A DNA stretch of 64,000 bases from an uncultured delta proteobacterium (GCA_963790475.1 CAWBOS010000011.1:128001-192000); one strand, 5' to 3'. Numbered from the stretch's first letter, positions 30,118 through 41,555 are shown. Notes: generated by a model from the sequence alone, not told the origin. Program-made: numbers and translations.

Positions 30118-31422
30118 TCAGATTGCGTGGGTCAGGGCAACCGTGAGTGACGCATAGAAACCTGCACTCGTACGGGCAATCGAGGGCCAAGAAAAAGCCA
30201 TAGCCGCTTTCAGCGCCCTTACCTTCATTTGTTCCTTCAGCTCCTCCGACATTAGGACGCCCTTAAGACATGTGCTTAGGGCCAACACATTCTGAGCCGG
30301 AACTAACGCGACCCCGAATTGTTCGTCGAACCCGTCTGGTGTATCCACGCCACGCGTTGTGACCACTGGAAGCCCATGAGCGATCGCTGTAAGAAGACTC
30401 GAACGATTGGATCTAGCACCGCGGATAAACGGGAACACGGCTACATCTGACGCGTGGAGGTACTGCGAGACGACACTGGGAGATGACTTCTCCACTAACT
30501 TCACCCAACCCGTCTCAACCCCTCCCATAAGGACCTCACTCTCATAATGCGACTTCCATCTATACCACGGTTCAAAACGTCCGATAACCAGAAGACACAG
30601 TGGCAAGTCGGCTTCTCGCAGATTCTTCACACTTTTGAGGAGATCAAAGAAACCTTTGCCTGGCTCAATACTCCCAAAGAAAACGACAATCGGGCGGTCA
30701 TCTACCACGCCCAGGTTTTGTCGCCATGTTCTACGCTGAGCACTGGTGACCGGTACGGGGGGAATGGTCGGCGCAATCGGAATGCACTTGATTCTAGGTC
30801 GTCTCAAAGTAGTCCAGCGCGCCAGGAGTTTCCTGTCGGGGGGATCAACGAAAATCAGTCCATGGGCCGCGAGAGGCATCGGCACAGTCCACATCCGCCA
30901 ACGGAGGCGCTGTCCCCGGAATTCATGCAGCGTAACGACGACACGACAGTGCGGTCGCAGTAATCTTAAGATTGCCGGAAGCAAAGTCACCATTGGGCGC
31001 CGTTGAGTCGCATAGCCTCCATACTGCAGGTTGACTATCGTGCCTGGGCCCATTTCGTCAATGATGTTGAGGATGAATCTAACTTCCCGCATCCGCCACT
31101 TTGACATGATACGTCGCACATCCACGCCTTCATCGAACGATTCCCTGGCAAAACTGTTCACTTTTGTAGTCACAACCACGACTCGAATCCCAAGCTTTAC
31201 AAACTCCTTGGCAAGGAAGGCCGTGTAGTCAGAAATTCCCCCAAACAGGGGAGGAAATTCACCGACCACCATCACGACCTTTATCTGAGTCTGGCAGGCG
31301 AAGGAACCGTCGCTTGGACACTCTTCGTTTATCATTATTGTGCTCTTTCTCCGATTGATTGGACAGAAAACAGCCTGGACTAAGCCAAAGAAGTCGTGTC
31401 GCTTCTTCTCCTTCCTCTGCAT
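30118..31422 (-). CDS. Glycosyltransferase family 4 (true start probably ~31337)
   Basis: GEFPPLFGGISDY, FFGSIEPGKG, SDVAVFPF, AIAHGLPVV, FSW. Confidence 0.85.
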   Translation of the reverse strand: MQRKEKKRHDFFGLVQAVFCPINRRKSTIMINEECPSDGSFACQTQIKVVMVVGEFPPLFGGISDYTAFLAKEFVKLGIRVVVVTTKVNSFARESFDEGVDVRRIMSKWRMREVRFILNIIDEMGPGTIVNLQYGGYATQRRPMVTLLPAILRLLRPHCRVVVTLHEFRGQRLRWRMWTVPMPLAAHGLIFVDPPDRKLLARWTTLRRPRIKCIPIAPTIPPVPVTSAQRRTWRQNLGVVDDRPIVVFFGSIEPGKGFFDLLKSVKNLREADLPLCLLVIGRFEPWYRWKSHYESEVLMGGVETGWVKLVEKSSPSVVSQYLHASDVAVFPFIRGARSNRSSLLTAIAHGLPVVTTRGVDTPDGFDEQFGVALVPAQNVLALSTCLKGVLMSEELKEQMKVRALKAAMAFSWPSIARTSAGFYASLTVALTHAI

Positions 31423-32705
31423 ATTCCGTTCGTGCGGGCTTGGGGAAAAGTAAACCCCAGGTGCGCCAAAGCAACCATGGTTACGAATGAAAACATGCCT
31501 GGGTGGGCGGCCGCTGACTCCAAAATCCCGTCCAGTAAGCAGAAGACGAATATCGCAACAAAGGACGCAAAGCCGGGATTCAACGAGGCTCTATAGTGGA
31601 CAATGGAGCGTTTAATGCCGAGAACCAGAATCAGCACGAAGGAAACCATCCCAACCAGCCCTGTGCCTAATAGGAGTTCAAGATAAGCCGAGTGAGCCTC
31701 ACCTATGGCCCATCCCTCAGTCGCCGAGATTTTGGCTATGTGGGTTGGGGTGAAGAAACTATTGTATCCGTAACCTCCAAGCGGACGCCTTGCTGCATAG
31801 TCCAGACATTCTTTCCATAAAGGGATACGGCCAGTAAAGCTGGACATGTCGGAGTCTGTCCTTCCAAGCAGGACGCCCTGCCAGAGGCCCGTAAAGAAGT
31901 CGTTTTCGACAAACAGAACGAGAAGGCACACACCTGCAGCTATACTGAGACCGAGAAGCCAGGCCAGCTTGGGGGAGCGTGATAATACCAAAACCCAGTA
32001 AACGAGAAGGGCGGCAATGCCAGATCCAAAGGCTGTCCTCGATCCTGTGAGAACGATGAAAACGAGCCCCACGAACACGCACACAATGAAAAACCAGCGG
32101 CCGCACTTTGCGACCCTGCCGGCGGCGATACCCGTAAGCAGAAACAGAACGCAATTTATCCCTTGATGATTGGGAGAAAGCGTCCCCGCAAACCGATAGC
32201 CAGGGACCCAGGGCCGAAACGTGCCGAGGCCGATCTCGCAGGCGATTCCTATCAGGAGAAAGGAAGCGGTAGCAAAGAACACCCAGAGGATTATGTCGCG
32301 AAGGGAAAAGTGTTTGCACACGGCCAGAGTACCCAGGCAAAGCATCAACGGTGTCCCCAACCTTCTTAGCGTAAAAGCGGCATCATCTGCCCACGCGACG
32401 CTTAAAGACGACCAAACGAGGTTAGACAGAATAAGCCAGCCCAGAACTCCTTTGATTCCAAGACGATTTTGGCCTCTCCGCGTCAGACCAACTACTCCCA
32501 AAAGACCCAGCAACGAGAAAACTATGTGGGGGTTGAAATTTCTTTCCATCGACTCGGGAGACCATAAGAGGCCCTCCCGAAGAGAAAACAATAAGTCATG
32601 CTGCGCTACGAAAAACACTGCCGCAAGGAGGATATATGTAATCCACCGCACCTTTGCGTTGTGGAGTAATGAGCGCGAGCGTACTACCGTAACATTGCTC
32701 ATCCC
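31380..32705 (-). CDS. O-antigen ligase / Wzy-like polymerase
   Basis: Multiple TM helices, TGSRT, TGRIPLW, GYGY, AHSAYLE; start taken at MSNVT. Confidence 0.85.
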   Translation of the reverse strand, partial: GMSNVTVVRSRSLLHNAKVRWITYILLAAVFFVAQHDLLFSLREGLLWSPESMERNFNPHIVFSLLGLLGVVGLTRRGQNRLGIKGVLGWLILSNLVWSSLSVAWADDAAFTLRRLGTPLMLCLGTLAVCKHFSLRDIILWVFFATASFLLIGIACEIGLGTFRPWVPGYRFAGTLSPNHQGINCVLFLLTGIAAGRVAKCGRWFFIVCVFVGLVFIVLTGSRTAFGSGIAALLVYWVLVLSRSPKLAWLLGLSIAAGVCLLVLFVENDFFTGLWQGVLLGRTDSDMSSFTGRIPLWKECLDYAARRPLGGYGYNSFFTPTHIAKISATEGWAIGEAHSAYLELLLGTGLVGMVSFVLILVLGIKRSIVHYRASLNPGFASFVAIFVFCLLDGILESAAAHPGMFSFVTMVALAHLGFTFPQARTNGICRGRRRSDTTSLA

Positions 32706-32707
32706 AT

Positions 32708-34066
32708 TTACCGCCGATCCGGGGAGCGGGTGAGCACGGCACACATCACAACCCTCGATACTGATGCCGCGATGTTCGCTATCAGGAGGCCATAGGCTGC
32801 CCCGAGAGGTCCCCAAGCCCTTACCAGCCAAAGTCCCAGCGTAAGCAGGACGAATAGAGCGGCGAAGTTAGCCATGAAGTCCACATCCGCCCGCCCCATG
32901 GCAAAGAGGGCCCGTGAAAAGGTGAAAGCCGCGGCTGAGACCAGAACGCTCACCGCCAGCACGGCGACCACCATGCCGTTGCCGGCATACTTGGCGCCGT
33001 AAAGGCGGGCCATCAGCGAACCGCCGAAGACCAGTAGTATCAGGCAAAGCGGAATAACTAGAACAGAGTAGGCCATGCTCCCCCTGAGGGCGAACCGCCG
33101 CAGCGCACTACGTCCGCCTTCCGCAAATGAATGCGCTATTCTTGGGCCAAGAAAATTCTGAGCGCCAATCAGCAGCGGATTACCGATAGCAACGATTCCG
33201 AGGCATGCCGCCCACACTCCAGCGGACGCAGTCCCATGAAAACCTGCCAGGAACCATGGGTAGAGGCTCATGCTTAGAGTCCATAGCAAGCCGCTTGCGA
33301 AGACCCACTTCCCGAATGACCAGCCACGACCGAGGTCCAGTACGGCCGTGCTGATTCTCAACGTGAATTCCGTGCGAATCCAGATGAGCCAGGCCAAGGC
33401 GGCCAGGCCGCAGGCGGTGCCAATCACCCAATATGCCCGACTGGCAGACAACACGCCAAGGTAGGCCAGGAGCAAGATTCCGCCGATTTGCCCTACAGCT
33501 ACGCATGAATCCAACAGGAGGGCGGTCCTCATTCGGAGCTGCGCGAAACATATTTGCCGGGCGTAGTCCCGGAGCAGAATAAATGCAATTACCACAGCCA
33601 GTGCCCACACGACAGGCGCCAGCCCTTGGGGCCCCATGCCGAGAGAGAGCACAACTCCCCCTACCGCCAAACAGAGTATTGCCAGGGCAGACATGGCCAA
33701 TTGGTGGATCAGAGTGCTGCCAGTGTAGAGTGCCTGTGCATTCCCCTTCAGCCGAGGGCTGAAAATCATGTACGGCGTCAATATAAGTGACGTCTGCAAG
33801 TTCGTCACATAAAGCATTATGGTCAAGCTGAGCATATAGAGGCCAAATTCCTCTTTTGTGCATGCCCGGCCGATAATGACACCAGTCACGAAGTTAGTCG
33901 TGCTGGCTACGGCTTGGTCAGCCAGCGTGACCAACGCTTTACGCGGTGTTGCCCCTGATAATAAGCCAATACCCATCTGCATCCAATTTTGACGCCGAAT
34001 TTTTGTCCCAGTGCCTTCAAGAATTGGACTTCTTGCCTCCTCAGCGGAATTGCAATCCTCAGTCAA
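32708..34066 (-). CDS. Polysaccharide flippase (Wzx-like)
   Basis: About 12 TM helices, LADQAVAS, FGLY, WGPLGAAYG; true start probably ~33982. Confidence 0.8.
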   Translation of the reverse strand: MTEDCNSAEEARSPILEGTGTKIRRQNWMQMGIGLLSGATPRKALVTLADQAVASTTNFVTGVIIGRACTKEEFGLYMLSLTIMLYVTNLQTSLILTPYMIFSPRLKGNAQALYTGSTLIHQLAMSALAILCLAVGGVVLSLGMGPQGLAPVVWALAVVIAFILLRDYARQICFAQLRMRTALLLDSCVAVGQIGGILLLAYLGVLSASRAYWVIGTACGLAALAWLIWIRTEFTLRISTAVLDLGRGWSFGKWVFASGLLWTLSMSLYPWFLAGFHGTASAGVWAACLGIVAIGNPLLIGAQNFLGPRIAHSFAEGGRSALRRFALRGSMAYSVLVIPLCLILLVFGGSLMARLYGAKYAGNGMVVAVLAVSVLVSAAAFTFSRALFAMGRADVDFMANFAALFVLLTLGLWLVRAWGPLGAAYGLLIANIAASVSRVVMCAVLTRSPDRR

Positions 34067-34186
34067 GTCTGAAATCCTAAATTGTCTCTGCAGGAACCAG
34101 GGGCGTTGTTGAATTAGTTGAATTGTGACAAACGGCGTAGAGCTGTTTGGTCTATCTAGTCTGTTGGTTGATCTAATTGATCCAGG

Positions 34187-34306
34187 CTATTGGGTTTGGG
34201 TCAGATACCAAGCGTAGGTATCTTTGATGCCGTTAACAAAATCTACTTTGGGAATCCAGCCTAAATCACGAATCTTCCCAATATCCAACAATTTTTGAGG
34301 GGTACC
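34187..34306 (-). pseudogene. Orphan second 3' end of a GDP-fucose synthase
   Basis: [39 protein letters not shown]. Confidence 0.75.
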
Positions 34307-34577
34307 GTGTAATCCGGGACATCGGTTATAAGTTGCATAACTCGTACTTGGCGCCTTGGTTAGGAGAAAGCTTGAACCGCTAAGGCGCTAAGGGCGCGAA
34401 GGGGGCGCTAAGTTAGCCTGCGGATTCTGATCTGATTATGATAAAGAACTTTTTGGCACGGATTACACGGATGGACACGGCTACTCTCTGTCATTTCTCA
34501 ATAAAACGGGTACTCGTTTTATTGAGACCGGCTGTCCGCCAAGGGGCGGAGACAGAAAAAAGACTTGCAACTGCCCG

Positions 34578-35649
34578 TTCACGTGGTCTGGGAGAGATAC
34601 CAGGCATAGGTGCTTTTTATACCTTCTTCAAAATTTAATTTAGGGGTCCAGCCTAATTCTTTGAGTTTACTTATATCCAAAAGTTTTTGAGGGGTGCCAT
34701 CGGGTTTGGTGGAATCAAAGACAATTTCAGCTTCGGGATAGAACTATATCCCGGACCATTTCGGCCAATTCTTTAATGGTTTGATCTTCTCCTATTCCCA
34801 CATTGATATGATTCGCATCTTCCCAGTTTTCCATAATAAATGTACATGCATCGGCTAAATCATCCACATGAAGGAATTCGCGGCGGGCGGAGCCGGTGCC
34901 CCAAATAGTGACCTTAGGTCCGTCTTTTTGGTTCATTTGGTTTATTGGGTTTATTTTGTCATTTGATCGTGTTGAATTATTTACTGTTTGAAGTTTTCGG
35001 GAAGAGGGCCAAAAATTGCTTCGTCCCGCTGGAGGCCTTCCCAGTCACTCTGGGCAGCAAGTTTAGCCAGGTGAAATTTACGGATCAGGGCCGGGAGCAC
35101 GTGGGAACTGATCAGGTCAAAATTATCGTTCGGCCCGTAGAGATTGGTGGGCATGGCTGAAATAAAATTACAGCCATACTGTTTTCGATAAGCCTGACAG
35201 AGTTTGATTCCGGCTATTTTAGCTATGGCATAAGGTTCATTGGTCGGCTCGAGGTAATTGCCGAGAAGGTATTCCTCCCGCATGGGTTGAGGGCACTCCC
35301 GGGGATAAATGCAGGAACTGCCCAGGTAAAGGAGTTTTTTTACTTTATAGAGATGGGCGGCATGAACCACAGTGGCATGGATCATCATGTTGTCGTAGAT
35401 AAACTCGGCCGGCCGGGTGGCGTTGGCCCAGATGCCGCCCACGGTCCCGGCCACCAGGAAGACGTATTCCGGGCGGTTGGCCTTGAACCAATAGTTGACG
35501 GCCGCCTGGTCGCGCAGATCAAGTTGGTCTCGGGAGGCGGTCAGCAGGTTGGTATGGCCGGCCTTCTCCAGGACGTGGAGGATGGCCGAGCCGACAAGGC
35601 CGCGATGGCCCGCAACATAGATGCGGGCGGATTTAGGGATGGAGGTCAT
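34578..35649 (-). pseudogene. fcl: GDP-L-fucose synthase, interrupted (stop at 34981, frameshift ~34740)
   Basis: [55 protein letters not shown]. Confidence 0.85.
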
Positions 35650-35729
35650 AACGCAATTCCTCTTTTCTGAATGGTCACTATTTATATTTCAAAGTTCAAT
35701 GCTAAAAATTCAAAGGTAAATCAAGTTCC

Positions 35730-36815
35730 TCAATATCCTCTTCGCTTCACTTTTTCAAGATCGGATCTGACCATCATGCGGGCTAATTGATCAAACTTTA
35801 CTTTGGGTTCCCAGCCCAACTTCTTTTTAGCTTTCATCGGGTTTCCCATGAGGATATCGACCTCCGTCGGCCGATAATAAATTGGGTCAATACGAATAAT
35901 AATGTCTCCTGGTTGAAGCTGAGATCCTGTTAGTTCAAGGTTGTCGGACATAAAACTGGTAATTATGCCGACCTCTTCGACACCGGAATTCTGCCACTCG
36001 ATTTCCATCCCCAATTCACTGAAGGCTACTGAAATAAATTCCCTAACGCTGTGACTCTCTCCGGTGGCAATCACATAGTCCTCGGGTTGATTCTGCTGTA
36101 GCATGAGCCACATGGCTTCTACATATTCAGGGGCATATCCCCAATCTCTCTTGGCATCCAGATTCCCCAGGGTTAAGCAGTCCTGAAAACCCGTCCGGAT
36201 TCGGGCTGCGGCACGGGTGATCTTTCGGGTAACAAAAGTTTCACCTCGACGAGGGGATTCGTGATTAAAGAGAATCCCGTTGCAGGCGAAAATATTATAG
36301 GCTTCCCTATAATTGATCACAATCCAGTAGCCATACACCTTGGCCACACCATAAGGAGATCTTGGATAAAAAGGAGTCGTCTCCGATTGTGGTATTTCCA
36401 AGACTTTGCCGAAAAGTTCACTGGTCGAGGCCTGGTAGAAACGGGTATTCAAACCAATTTCCTTTATAGCATCCAGAAATCTCAAAGTGCCCACGGCATC
36501 CACTTCTGCCGTGTATTCTGGAACTTCAAAGGAAACCCGGACATGACTTTGGGCGGCCAGATTATAAATCTCATCAGGCTGAACCCGCTCCAAGATACGA
36601 TTCAGATTGCTGGAATCAGTCAGATCCCCATAATGGGTAAACAGTTTTTTGTCGAAAATTTCAGGATTGTTGTAGAGATGGTCAATCCGGGCGGTATTGA
36701 AGGAGCTACTCCGGCGAATAATCCCGTGGACTTCATAGCCTTTATTAAGGAGCAGTTCGGTTAAATAGGACCCGTCTTGGCCGGTGATGCCGGTGATTAG
36801 AGCAACCTTAGGCAC
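35730..36815 (-). CDS. gmd: GDP-mannose 4,6-dehydratase
   Basis: [45 protein letters not shown]. Confidence 0.96.
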   Translation of the reverse strand: MPKVALITGITGQDGSYLTELLLNKGYEVHGIIRRSSSFNTARIDHLYNNPEIFDKKLFTHYGDLTDSSNLNRILERVQPDEIYNLAAQSHVRVSFEVPEYTAEVDAVGTLRFLDAIKEIGLNTRFYQASTSELFGKVLEIPQSETTPFYPRSPYGVAKVYGYWIVINYREAYNIFACNGILFNHESPRRGETFVTRKITRAAARIRTGFQDCLTLGNLDAKRDWGYAPEYVEAMWLMLQQNQPEDYVIATGESHSVREFISVAFSELGMEIEWQNSGVEEVGIITSFMSDNLELTGSQLQPGDIIIRIDPIYYRPTEVDILMGNPMKAKKKLGWEPKVKFDQLARMMVRSDLEKVKRRGY

Positions 36816-36922
36816 TTAGATTACCTCGGATTAGCATCAGGGGAAAGGGGGACGTTCTTTCCGAAATTGAATTTTATCTGTTCATGGTGTTTCATGAAAC
36901 TAACTTGAACCGCGAAGGTGGC

Positions 36923-37067
36923 TTAGGTCAATCGGGTGCGAAAATAGCCGATGGTCTCCTGCAGCCCTTCTTCCAACTCCACGTCAGGCCCCCAGCTCAA
37001 ATATTTTTGGGCGAGGGTAATGTCGGGTTTTCGTTGGATCGGGTCGTCCTGGGGCAGGGGCTTTTTT
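36923..37067 (-). pseudogene. 3' tail of UDP-glucuronate decarboxylase (uxs-like), copy 1; further copies at 41967-42108 and 44392-44543
   Basis: [41 protein letters not shown]; no 5' part in the window. Confidence 0.8.
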
Positions 37068-37234
37068 GAGCCCGGCCGTCCGCCGGGGGCGGAACTAAAA
37101 AAAAAGCAAAAGACAAAGACATTTTTGGCACGGATTACGCGGATGGACACGGTTACTACCTTTCAATTCTCAAGAAATCGGGGAAGCGATTTCTTGAGCA
37201 CTGCCGTCTGCAGGAGCGGAATATGAAATGTTCC

Positions 37235-37468
37235 TTAAGTATTAATAAGGAACGAGAGATACCTTTCAACCGATAGACCGATAACTTTCATGTTATTCCT
37301 TATGATGAATACCGGAATTTCTTTATATTTTGGGATGACGACCGGGCGTTTAGCGCCGGGGAAATGATAAACCAGATGATCGCCCTGGGTTCGAACATAG
37401 GAACAACCGGCCGCTTCAAATATTTTAACCTGCGTCCGGTAGTCGGTGGGTTTGATTCCAGACGTCAT
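37235..37468 (-). CDS. hicA: HicA-family toxin
   Basis: RTQGDHLVYH..RPVVIP. Confidence 0.8.
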   Translation of the reverse strand: MTSGIKPTDYRTQVKIFEAAGCSYVRTQGDHLVYHFPGAKRPVVIPKYKEIPVFIIRNNMKVIGLSVERYLSFLINT

Positions 37469-37734
37469 TATATGGCGACTTCTATCGGGGTAAAACCAAC
37501 CAGCTCTTTTCTAATAGAAAAAATTCCTTGATTTTCATCGAACCCGGCCTCCTGTAGGAGGTTTCCCAACGTTCCAATCTTTTGAGCCTCTTCCAGATTG
37601 ATTAATATAACTTCCCCCAGATTCTTTTTAGCCTGATCGATCGTTTCTCCGCAGGAGGCTATATCGAGCTCCGGACAATAGGAGACATACATATTTCCTT
37701 CTTTCCATAATTCTTCCGTCAGTTTAAGCTTCAT
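37468..37734 (-). CDS. hicB: HicB-family antitoxin
   Basis: YVSYCPELDIASCGETIDQAKKNL. Confidence 0.85.
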   Translation of the reverse strand: MKLKLTEELWKEGNMYVSYCPELDIASCGETIDQAKKNLGEVILINLEEAQKIGTLGNLLQEAGFDENQGIFSIRKELVGFTPIEVAI

Positions 37735-38251
37735 AGACCTCTCCTATTTCCTAAAATTCTTAGTCTATTATACTCCATTTAGGAACTAATGGGAAGAGAA
37801 CAGGTATTTTCTGTCTGGTCCATATGGTCGATTGGGTTCATTGAGTCCATTGAGTTGCTTGGGTTTGTCGGGTTGTTCAGATGCTCATAGCTGATAGCTC
37901 ATTGGAAAACCAGGAAACAATTTTTTGGCACGGGTCCGGCTGGGCCGGACACACGGATGGATACGGTTAGTGCTAAGCTTTTCTCCAGAAGTCAGGCAGG
38001 TGATTTCAGGAGACCGGCTGTCCGCCGGGGACGGAAAAGAGACAAATAGAAAAGATAGAATCTATTCTTGGCACGGATTTCACGGATGACACGGCCAACC
38101 ACTTGGCTAATCAAGAACTCGGGGAGCCGATTTCTTGAGGACTGCCGTCCACCGCGGACGGAAAAGAGACAAATACAAAAGCTAAAGGAATTTTTTGGCA
38201 CGGATTACGCGGATGGACACGGTTACCAACTCAAACTTCTTCAGAAATCGG

Positions 38252-38650
38252 CTAATCGATTTCTGAAGACCGGTTGTCTGCCGAAGCCGGAGTTAAGACT
38301 TTTCGTTTGATATCAGCTCGTTCCCCGAAGTTGATCAATAGCCCTACCTCCAGGCCGGTGGCCTTCAAGTAATTAACCAACTGGGTCTCATGGGCCGGAT
38401 GGAGTTCTTTAACTGATTTGAGTTCCAGGATTATCCGGTCTTCCACCAGGATATCAACTAAGTATTCCCCGACGACCATGCCGTCATAAGAAACTTGGAT
38501 GGGAGTTTCCCTGAATGCCTTCAGGCCGTTCTTTTCCAGTTCGATGAGAAGAGCATTCTGGTAGACATTTTCCAGAAAGCCAAAGCCCAGGGTTTTGTGG
38601 ACCTTATAGACGCATTGGATGATCCGGCCGGTTATGTCCTGGTGTTTCAT
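38252..38650 (-). CDS. GxxExxY protein (PD-(D/E)XK-like), copy 1
   Basis: LGFGFLENVY, DILVEDRIILELKS, QLVNYLKATG..GLLINFG. Confidence 0.9.
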   Translation of the reverse strand: MKHQDITGRIIQCVYKVHKTLGFGFLENVYQNALLIELEKNGLKAFRETPIQVSYDGMVVGEYLVDILVEDRIILELKSVKELHPAHETQLVNYLKATGLEVGLLINFGERADIKRKVLTPASADNRSSEID

Positions 38651-38821
38651 TTTATTGACAGGCAGTAAATTAAGTTAAAGAAATTTTGGCACGGATTACG
38701 CGGATGGACACGGCCAACTGGGCATGGAGCATAGAGCATAGGGCATGGAGCAACAAACCGGCAGAGGGCCTCTTGGCATAGAGCATAGAGCATGGAGCAT
38801 GGAGCAAAAAGCCAAGGGCAA

Positions 38822-38936
38822 CATCACTTGAGGGATCGTTGGAACATGGTGATCTGCCTACAAAGCCTGTCCAGTTCACTTAGAAGATTTTCCAACATTT
38901 CTTTGGACAAAAGGGATCTTCTTTCCAATAGGATCA
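38822..38936 (-). pseudogene. 3' tail of a four-helix-bundle (23S IVP-like) protein; second tail at 41045-41122
   Basis: ILLERRSLLSKEMLENLLSELDRLCRQITMFQRSLK*, followed by the 7-mer ctatgct tract; family assignment from recall. Confidence 0.55.
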
Positions 38937-38939
38937 ATA

Positions 38940-39257
38940 TCAATGTTCTTCCGATTTCATGGATAGAATTCTTTTCAGGGCGATTTGATAGACCTCCAGG
39001 TCTTCTCTCTTGTCGATAGCAATCACCCTGATAATGTTTTCAATTTCCTTATAAACAATCCTAATGCGCTTCTTGTCGGCGTATAATTTAAAATATCCTT
39101 CAAGGTTTATTCCAGCTTTGTTACCCAGAGGATTTCCGTACTTTGGATTCAGCTCCAGCTTGACAAGCTGTTTCAAAACTTGCTTTCTTACACTGCCTTC
39201 CAGCCGGTTAAAGTCTGCCTGGGCCTCCAGTGTCAGTTCAACCTTCCAGGTCGGCAC
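38940..39257 (-). CDS. RelE/ParE-family toxin
   Basis: WKVELTLEAQADF, GNPLG, RIRIVY, IAIDKREDLEVY. Confidence 0.85.
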   Translation of the reverse strand: MPTWKVELTLEAQADFNRLEGSVRKQVLKQLVKLELNPKYGNPLGNKAGINLEGYFKLYADKKRIRIVYKEIENIIRVIAIDKREDLEVYQIALKRILSMKSEEH

Positions 39258-39456
39258 GAGTCAATCCCTCAGCCTTTAATAAGTCGTCAAGATTTACTGT
39301 TGATTCACCGTCTTTGCGTTCTTCAATGATTCCGGCCAAGTAGGCGTGTTCAAGAATGTCCTTCGCTTTCTCAGTCCGTTCCCACTCATCGAAAGGTATA
39401 ATTGCCGCAGTCCTCTTGCCTTGTTGATCTGTGATAAATTGTATTTCCATTACCAA
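39238..39456 (-). CDS. Antitoxin partner of RelE
   Basis: QFITDQQGKRTAAIIP (Phd-like); overlaps the toxin start. Confidence 0.7.
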   Translation of the reverse strand: MVMEIQFITDQQGKRTAAIIPFDEWERTEKAKDILEHAYLAGIIEERKDGESTVNLDDLLKAEGLTRADLEG

Positions 39457-39586
39457 CCTCCATCTAATTAAACGGTGTCCTGTTTACCTCGAATTTGTAT
39501 AAAAGTTGATCGAGCATAGGAACAACCGGCCGCTTCAAATATTTTAACCTGCGTCCGGTAGTCGGTGGGTTTGATTCCAGACGTCA

Positions 39587-39853
39587 TTATATGGCGACTT
39601 CTATCGGGGTAAAACCAACCAGCTCTTTTCTAATAGAAAAAATTCCTTGATTTTCATCGAACCCGGCCTCCTGTAGGAGGTTTCCCAACGTTCCAATCTT
39701 TTGAGCCTCTTCCAGATTGATTAATATAACTTCCCCCAGATTCTTTTTAGCCTGATCGATCGTTTCTCCGCAGGAGGCTATATCGAGCTCCGGACAATAG
39801 GAGACATACATATTTCCTTCTTTCCATAATTCTTCCGTCAGTTTAAGCTTCAT
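39587..39853 (-). CDS. hicB: HicB-family antitoxin, identical duplicate (its HicA is truncated at ~39516)
   Basis: Identical to 37468-37734 within the ~650-bp duplication 37397-38046 / 39516-40165. Confidence 0.85.
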   Translation of the reverse strand: MKLKLTEELWKEGNMYVSYCPELDIASCGETIDQAKKNLGEVILINLEEAQKIGTLGNLLQEAGFDENQGIFSIRKELVGFTPIEVAI

Positions 39854-40474
39854 AGACCTCTCCTATTTCCTAAAATTCTTAGTCTATTATACTCCATTTA
39901 GGAACTAATGGGAAGAGAACAGGTATTTTCTGTCTGGTCCATATGGTCGATTGGGTTCATTGAGTCCATTGAGTTGCTTGGGTTTGTCGGGTTGTTCAGA
40001 TGCTCATAGCTGATAGCTCATTGGAAAACCAGGAAACAATTTTTTGGCACGGGTCCGGCTGGGCCGGACACACGGATGGATACGGTTAGTGCTAAGCTTT
40101 TCTCCAGAAGTCAGGCAGGTGATTTCAGGAGACCGGCTGTCCGCCGGGGACGGAAAAGAGACAAATACAAAAGCTAAAGGAATTTTTTGGCACGGATTGC
40201 ACGGATGGACACGGTTACTGCCTTTCAATTTCTCAAGAAATCGGAACTCGATTTCTTGAGGACTATACTGTCCCCGAGTACCCGGAAAAAATCTAATACA
40301 AAAGCTAATAAACATTTTAGGCACGGGTCCGCTGGGCCGGACACACGGATGGACACGGTTAATGCCAAGCTTTTCTCCAGAAATCAGGAAGCTGATTTCA
40401 GGAGACCGGCTGCCCGCCGGGAGCGGAAAAAAATGCAAAAGACAAGGGTTTCCTTTTGGCACGGATGACGCGGG

Positions 40475-40861
40475 TTACACGGTTAAAGGATCTTGGGACG
40501 GAGTTAAGACTTTTCGTTTGATATCAGCTCGTTCCCCGAAGTTGATCAATAGCCCTACCTCCAGGCCGGTGGCCTTCAAGTAATTAACCAACTGGGTCTC
40601 ATGGGCCGGATGGAGTTCTTTAACTGATTTGAGTTCCAGGATTATCCGGTCTTCCACCAGGATATCAACTAAGTATTCCCCGACGACCATGCCGTCATAA
40701 GAAACTTGGATGGGAGTTTCCCTGAATGCCTTCAGGCCGTTCTTTTCCAGTTCGATGAGAAGAGCATTCTGGTAGACATTTTCCAGAAAGCCAAAGCCCA
40801 GGGTTTTGTGGACCTTATAGACGCATTGGATGATCCGGCCGGTTATGTCCTGGTGTTTCAT
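40475..40861 (-). CDS. GxxExxY protein, copy 2
   Basis: Identical core, different C-terminal tail. Confidence 0.9.
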   Translation of the reverse strand: MKHQDITGRIIQCVYKVHKTLGFGFLENVYQNALLIELEKNGLKAFRETPIQVSYDGMVVGEYLVDILVEDRIILELKSVKELHPAHETQLVNYLKATGLEVGLLINFGERADIKRKVLTPSQDPLTV

Positions 40862-41123
40862 TTTATTGACAGGCAGTAAATTAAGTTAAAGAAATTTTGG
40901 CACGGATTGCACGGATGGACACGGATACTGGGGGCATAGAGCATAGAGTATAGGGCTAACAAACCGGCAGAGGGCCTATTGGCAAAGAGCATGGAGCAGA
41001 GGGCCTATTGGCATAGGGCAGAGAGCATAGGGCAAAGAGCAAAATCATTTAAGGGACCGTTGGAACATGGTGATCTGTCTGCAAAGCCTGTCCAGTTCAG
41101 TTAGAAGATTTTCAGACTTCCAG

Positions 41124-41555
41124 TTATTCAATATTTTTGGCCCTATCGGACAATCCCCCACTAAACGGGGTTTGATTCTCCCATCTCCCGGCCTCTTCGA
41201 TAACTTCCCGGATTGAAGGTTTTTCAGAGGCAACCACCTTTGTTTGTGTATGCTTGTGGTGGGGAAATGTTTCAAATTCTGCGAAATGAGGTGTGTTATC
41301 ATAACGAAATAAAGTATGATTATCTAAATTCTGAAAATGATATCGATAACCCAAGGGGGATATTGATTCCTCGATCACGACAACCGCCTCGCTTATCTCT
41401 ATCGTTGCCCCACTCTTAAAGCGGATCCGTAAACGAAGGTTAATCCTCTTTGAACTTAAAACCTCCTCCTCATATCTTTCAACATAAACACCTGCCAAAC
41501 GAGAAACAACATCCTCAATCTCCCTCAAATATTGTTTAAGAGAATCATGCAGCAT
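41124..41555 (-). CDS. DUF6516 (TumE-like) putative toxin
   Basis: YRYHFQ, FRYDNTPHF..TFPHHKH. Confidence 0.75.
   Translation of the reverse strand: MLHDSLKQYLREIEDVVSRLAGVYVERYEEEVLSSKRINLRLRIRFKSGATIEISEAVVVIEESISPLGYRYHFQNLDNHTLFRYDNTPHFAEFETFPHHKHTQTKVVASEKPSIREVIEEAGRWENQTPFSGGLSDRAKNIE

Noticed and set aside
40004-40468. ORFs such as 40004-40462, 45610-46002, 38068-38310, 14059-14244 and 50340-50600
   Set aside because: Translations of the repeats or MITEs ([15 protein letters not shown] peptides); not credible proteins
38822-41122. Diversity-generating retroelement (four-helix-bundle/Avd-like tails, duplicated gene ends)
   Set aside because: No reverse transcriptase, and no evident adenine-specific TR/VR pattern
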